From: Eledone cirrhosa
Taxonomy: Eukaryota
Direction: 5' to 3'
NCBI GenBank assembly: GCA_964016885.1
Contig: OZ024752.1
Span: 28,458,001 to 28,522,000 of the forward strand
Length of the DNA: 64,000 nt
Under the pieces are notes generated by a model. The model worked only from the letters and a program-made list of their open reading frames with translations, had not been told where the DNA came from and did not search any database. Below, in pieces: positions 62,617-64,000 of this stretch; within the stretch, counting starts at the first letter, position 1; each line of letters opens with the position of its first letter. The translations under genes and the position numbers were made by a program.

Positions 62617-63002
62617 ACACAATAAAATGAAATAACTAGATCGAAACGATAGTTCATCGTTTTCATATATATATATACACACATATATATACACACATAT
62701 ATATACATATACACATACACACACACATATATGATATATATGTGTGTGTGTGTGTGCGTGTGTGTGTGTGTGCGTGTGTGTGCATGTATGTATCTATGTA
62801 TATATGTATATATATATATGTGTATTTGTGTTTGTGTATGTATGTATATATGTATATATATATATATGTGTATGCGTGTATATATAATAATTTGTATATT
62901 TATACGGCTGCAACAAACACAGATACCTTCTAAATTTTTATTTCTATGTCAAATTTTGTAATAGGAAATAACAGAAAAGTAATCACGAAATGATGATCGG
63001 AA

Positions 63003-63081
<79 letters not shown>

Positions 63082-63086
<5 letters not shown>

Positions 63087-63535
63087 CGTACAGTAGTATG
63101 TATATATATACATACATGCACACATATATATATGTACGTATGGATTCACCAAACATTTATTATAATGCTCGGTGTGTTTGTAAACAAACATCCCGTATTA
63201 AGCCGTAGTGTCTAGCAACCACCGTTGCTCGTTTTTGTTCAACTCTGACAAAGGAACGCTGTACTAGTTTCAAGCTTGTTAGCTATCGTCAGCAACGTAT
63301 ACCTTCCTGCCAGATAGTTGAACGTCCGAAAGTATATACTTTCCTTATGCATATTAACGGCTGAGTAGCCCAATTTGCATATCGAGTGGGCTAATCGGCC
63401 GGGTGCACCGAAAACGATAAACGGAAAAAATGAAACGAAATTTCATTTCCCACTCTTTGTACGTCCGTTACTTAAATATAAGTGAATCCATACGTACAGT
63501 AGTATGTATATATATATATACATACATGCATATAT

Positions 63536-63613
<78 letters not shown>

Positions 63614-63940
63614 TACTGTACGTCTGTATACATATGTGTATGTACGTATACATACTTATATTTAATATATACATGCACACATATATATATGTACGTATGG
63701 ATTCACCGAACATTTATTATAATAAGCTTGAAACTAGTACAGCGTTCCTTTGACAGTGTTGAACAAATGAGCAATGATGGTTGCTAGACACTACGGCTTA
63801 ATTCGGGATGTTTGTTTACAAATATCCCGAGCATTATAATAAATGTTCGGTGAATCCATACGTACATATTTATATGTGTGCATGTATGTATATATATATA
63901 CAAACTACTGTACGTCTATATACATATATGTATGTACGTA
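63082..63940. repeat. Nested inverted-repeat element next to (TA)n, with a hammerhead motif
   Basis: 63082-63275 pairs with 63724-63920; shorter internal inverted copies surround the (TA)n at 63548-63610. Confidence 0.8.
63256..63298 (-). ncRNA. Minimal type I hammerhead ribozyme motif
   Basis: acgttg-CTGACGA-t agct aaca agct t-GAAA-ctag-TA^cagcgt. Confidence 0.75.
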
Positions 63941-64000
63941 TAAATCGAGAACTAATATATTTCTCCATTGTACTTTGTTGTTTGTTTTGTTGTTTTCATT

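Overview
AT-rich, microsatellite-dense eukaryotic DNA, most likely an octopus (coleoid cephalopod) genome. It holds two complete tandem six-exon S-crystallin genes (sigma-class GST-derived lens proteins, 215 aa each, + strand, CDS 2125-12544 and 46500-56911) and probably the last exon of a convergent gene near 60.6 kb. The remainder is mobile DNA: a 5'-truncated Penelope-like element (PLE; YRDD RT plus GIY-YIG endonuclease), a GC-rich CRE-clade non-LTR relic, Helitron-type elements, a mariner derivative, LINE relics and many tRNA-derived SINEs. Nearly all ORFs in the supplied track are microsatellite artefacts. The main unexpected signal is about 20 minimal type I hammerhead-ribozyme motifs from about 10 different short non-coding element families. 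These elements sit against (TA)n tracts and are often folded back into long palindromes. One family shows a U3:A8 core swap and compensatory stem changes between copies. All coordinates and pairings were read by eye; repeat boundaries are approximate and no ribozyme activity is demonstrated.
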